From assembly GCA_963713825.1 (NCBI GenBank), contig CAVQNG010000003.1, forward strand, positions 896,001-960,000: a stretch of DNA of 64,000 nucleotides, written 5' to 3'. Positions 61,586-64,000 of this stretch are shown piece after piece. A model generated the notes under the pieces. The model worked only from the letters and a program-made list of their open reading frames with translations, was not told the origin of the DNA and did no database searches. Made by a program: the position numbers and the translations under genes. The stretch comes from an uncultured Acidobacteriota bacterium. Its GTDB lineage: Bacteria; Acidobacteriota; Thermoanaerobaculia; Multivoradales; JAHEKO01. Position 1 is the stretch's first letter; each line of letters starts with the position of its first letter.

Positions 61586-64000
61586 ATGATGTCGAGACGA
61601 ATCCCTGGACTCACCCACCCTATCCGCCAGTCCACTCCTGGAAGGGTCTGGGGTTTTTGTGATTGGGGCCGTACTTGCGTTGCTGTTCCTGGTCTTCTCT
61701 ATCGCTCCCTCGGGCGCGCAGGAGCCGACACCCTCGGCCGCAGAGGAAGCCGCGGCGCTGGTGGACGAGCACGATCCGGAGGCCTGGCCTCGAGTTCTCG
61801 AAGGCGACTCCTACCTGATCAAGCTCTACCCGCCCCAGGTCGACACCTGGGACGGCAACGAAATCAAGGCACAATCCGCGATCGAGATCGGGGAAACAGG
61901 ACAAGGAAGGCTCCTCCTACGGAGTGGTCAGCTTCATCGCCCGCACCCGCGTCGACAAGGACGCTCGACTCGTCGTCTTCGACGAGTATCTGGGGGTGGG
62001 CGCCAAGGTGCCAGCACAGCCCGAGCTCGAGGCCAAGATCCTGGCTTTCTCCAGAAACAGCTCAACGATGCCGTGCGGGTCGTCTCTCTCGACCGCGTCG
62101 AGACCGCGCTCGCCGCCAACCAGGCAGGAGCGGGCATCGCGAAGGACGTCGCAGTCAACAACGACCCGCCCACGATCGTCTTTGCCGAGAGGCCGACGCT
62201 CCTGGTCTACGTCGACGGCCAGCCGGTTTGGCGGCAAGTCGAAGGCACCAACTATGAGCGCCTGCTCAACACCCGGCCGCTGGTGTTGCGGGACAGCTCG
62301 GCCACCCTTTTCCTCCACCTCTTCGACGGCTGGCTCGAGGCTCAAACACTCGAGGGTCCCTGGCAGGTAGCCGGGGCCGCCCCATCTGGTCTCGAAGAGG
62401 CGGCAGCGAAGGCGCAGCAGGAACAGCCCGCCGACCTTCTCGATGGTGGCGTCGCCGACCAGCAGGAGGTGGACGAATCGGGCCAACCGATCGAGAAGCC
62501 GACCCTTGCCAAGGGCCCGGTGCCCGATATTGTCGTGGCCAGCGAGCCGACCGAGCTGCTGGTCACCGATGGCACTCCAACGTGGACCGCGATTCCGGAG
62601 ACCGGGCTCGAGTTCGCCGACAATACGAGCGGCAATCTGCTCCGCCTGGCCTCGGGAAGCTCTTACTTCGTGCTGCTGTCGGGGCGCTGGTTCGAAGGAG
62701 CGTCCCTGGACGGACCATGGAGCTTCGTGCCCCAGGGCGAGTTGGCGGATGACTTCCGCCAGATTCCGGACGACAGCCCGAAAGAGAACGTCAAGGCTTC
62801 GATCGCCGGCACGCCACAGGCGCAAGAGGCGGTGATCGCCAACTCGGTGCCGCAAACCTCGGAGATCGATCGTCAAGGGGCCGAGTTCAAACCCATGATC
62901 GACGGCGAGCCAAAGTGGAAGGCGATAGAGAGCACCTCGCTGGCCTACGTCGAGAACTCCCCCACGCCGATCCTGCGTGTCGCCTCGGATCAGTACTACG
63001 GGGTCAACAATGGTGTCTGGTTCGTCGCACCAGCGGTAACCGGTCCCTGGACTACAGCAATCACGGTTCCAGATGTCATCTACACCATTCCTGCGAGCAG
63101 CCCGCTCCACTACGTCACCTATGTGCGGATCTACAGTTCGGACGAAGAGACGGTGGTCGTGGGCTACACGCCGGGGTACTACGGCACGGCGGTGAGCGGC
63201 GATGTGGTCGTCTACGGTACCGGCTACTACTACGACCCGTGGATTGGCAGCTATTGGTACGGCTACCCCTCGACCTGGGGCTACGCCAGTAGCATCACCT
63301 ACACGCCCTGGGGTGGTTGGGCTTTCTCCTTCGGCATCGGTTGGGCGTGGGGCTACTGGGGCAGTTGGTACGGACCCTACCAGCCGCCCTACTGGGGGGC
63401 CTACTGGGGCTACTACCCCTGGTATGGCGGCGCTGTGATTGGCCCGGGCGGCGGCTGGGCGGCCTGGGGACCGGGCGGTTGGGCCGGCACCACCGGCAAC
63501 ATCTATAACAAATGGGGTCCGGTAAGCACAGTCTCGCGCTATTCCGGGGGCTACAACGCCTGGACCGGCAACGCCTGGCGCGGCCAGGTGGGCGCCGCTT
63601 ACAACTCACGCACCGGCACTATCGCCGCTGGCCAGCGCGGAGCCGTCGGCAATGTCTACTCGGGCCAATACGCCTATGGCGGACGGGGTGCGGCATACAA
63701 CCCCAACTCCGGAACGGGAGCGGCCGGAGGTCGGGTGACTGTCGGTGACGCAGACAGCGGCAGGCAGGCTACGGCCGGTCGGATAGGCGCTGCCAACCCC
63801 GGCTCCGGGCAGTCGGGTTCCGCTGGCTGGGTGCGTGGCGAGGAAGGTGGAGTCGCGCGCAAGGGTGACGACTACTACGCCGGCAAGGACGGCGAAGTCT
63901 ACAAACGCAACGGTCAAGGCGATTGGAGCCAGGTCGAACGCTCTGGGCAAGGCGCGCGCGTCCAGGATCAATCGCGCGCCAGGGATCTCGACCGTCAGTA
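61586..64000 (+). CDS. Large exported hypothetical protein with Gly/Trp/Tyr-rich C-terminal region; 5' frameshifts, runs off the window end
   Basis: Manual translation: hydrophobic leader, WPRV..YPPQVDTWDG, NNDPP.IVF..RP..LVYVDG, YFVLLSGRWF, GPW, IYTIP.SSP, VGYTPGY, VVYGTGYYY, then GW/GY-rich low complexity. Main frame open from about 62047 to the end. Confidence 0.75.

Overview
GC-rich Gram-negative bacterial DNA. A Ser/Thr kinase-TM-TolB-like propeller protein and a C-terminal IFxDGFESG..WS tail suggest Acidobacteriota/Thermoanaerobaculia (inference only). Scattered single-base frameshifts, including in fatty-acid oxidation genes, suggest an error-prone long-read or MAG consensus. Layout: (1) 1-14 kb, mixed core genes: TRAP binding protein, acyltransferase, a pair of Rieske-fused enzymes (FMN glutamate-synthase-like and TPP oxidase-like), kinase, 9-heme cytochrome c, PLP decarboxylase, CNNM protein. 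(2) 14-25 kb, an accessory island with two copies of a [secreted RNase Z/GntH-like MBL hydrolase, divergent AraC regulator, VapBC] module around an arylsulfatase and an outer-membrane barrel. (3) 25-31.6 kb, fadE-fadA-fadN and a CBS gene bracketed by two GTAG REP-like palindromes. (4) 31.7-64 kb, an almost entirely plus-strand island headed by a soluble GAF histidine kinase and NarL-type regulator. It contains partly duplicated and recombined receiver/OmpW/lipoprotein/HdeD cassettes and three cargo sets: DUF1329-DUF1302-DUF1254; a sulfur set (rhodanese, DszB-like protein with H1-like tail, Fe-S nitroreductase, crotonase, persulfide reductase, SulP); and a porin-amidohydrolase-DcaP-glutaminase set whose enzymes carry signal peptides. 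Best candidates for undescribed systems: the exported glutaminase/amidohydrolase/porin/HdeD module, the Rieske-Rieske enzyme pair, and the DszB-like sulfur cluster. No rRNA, tRNA, CRISPR array, integrase or transposase was recognised.
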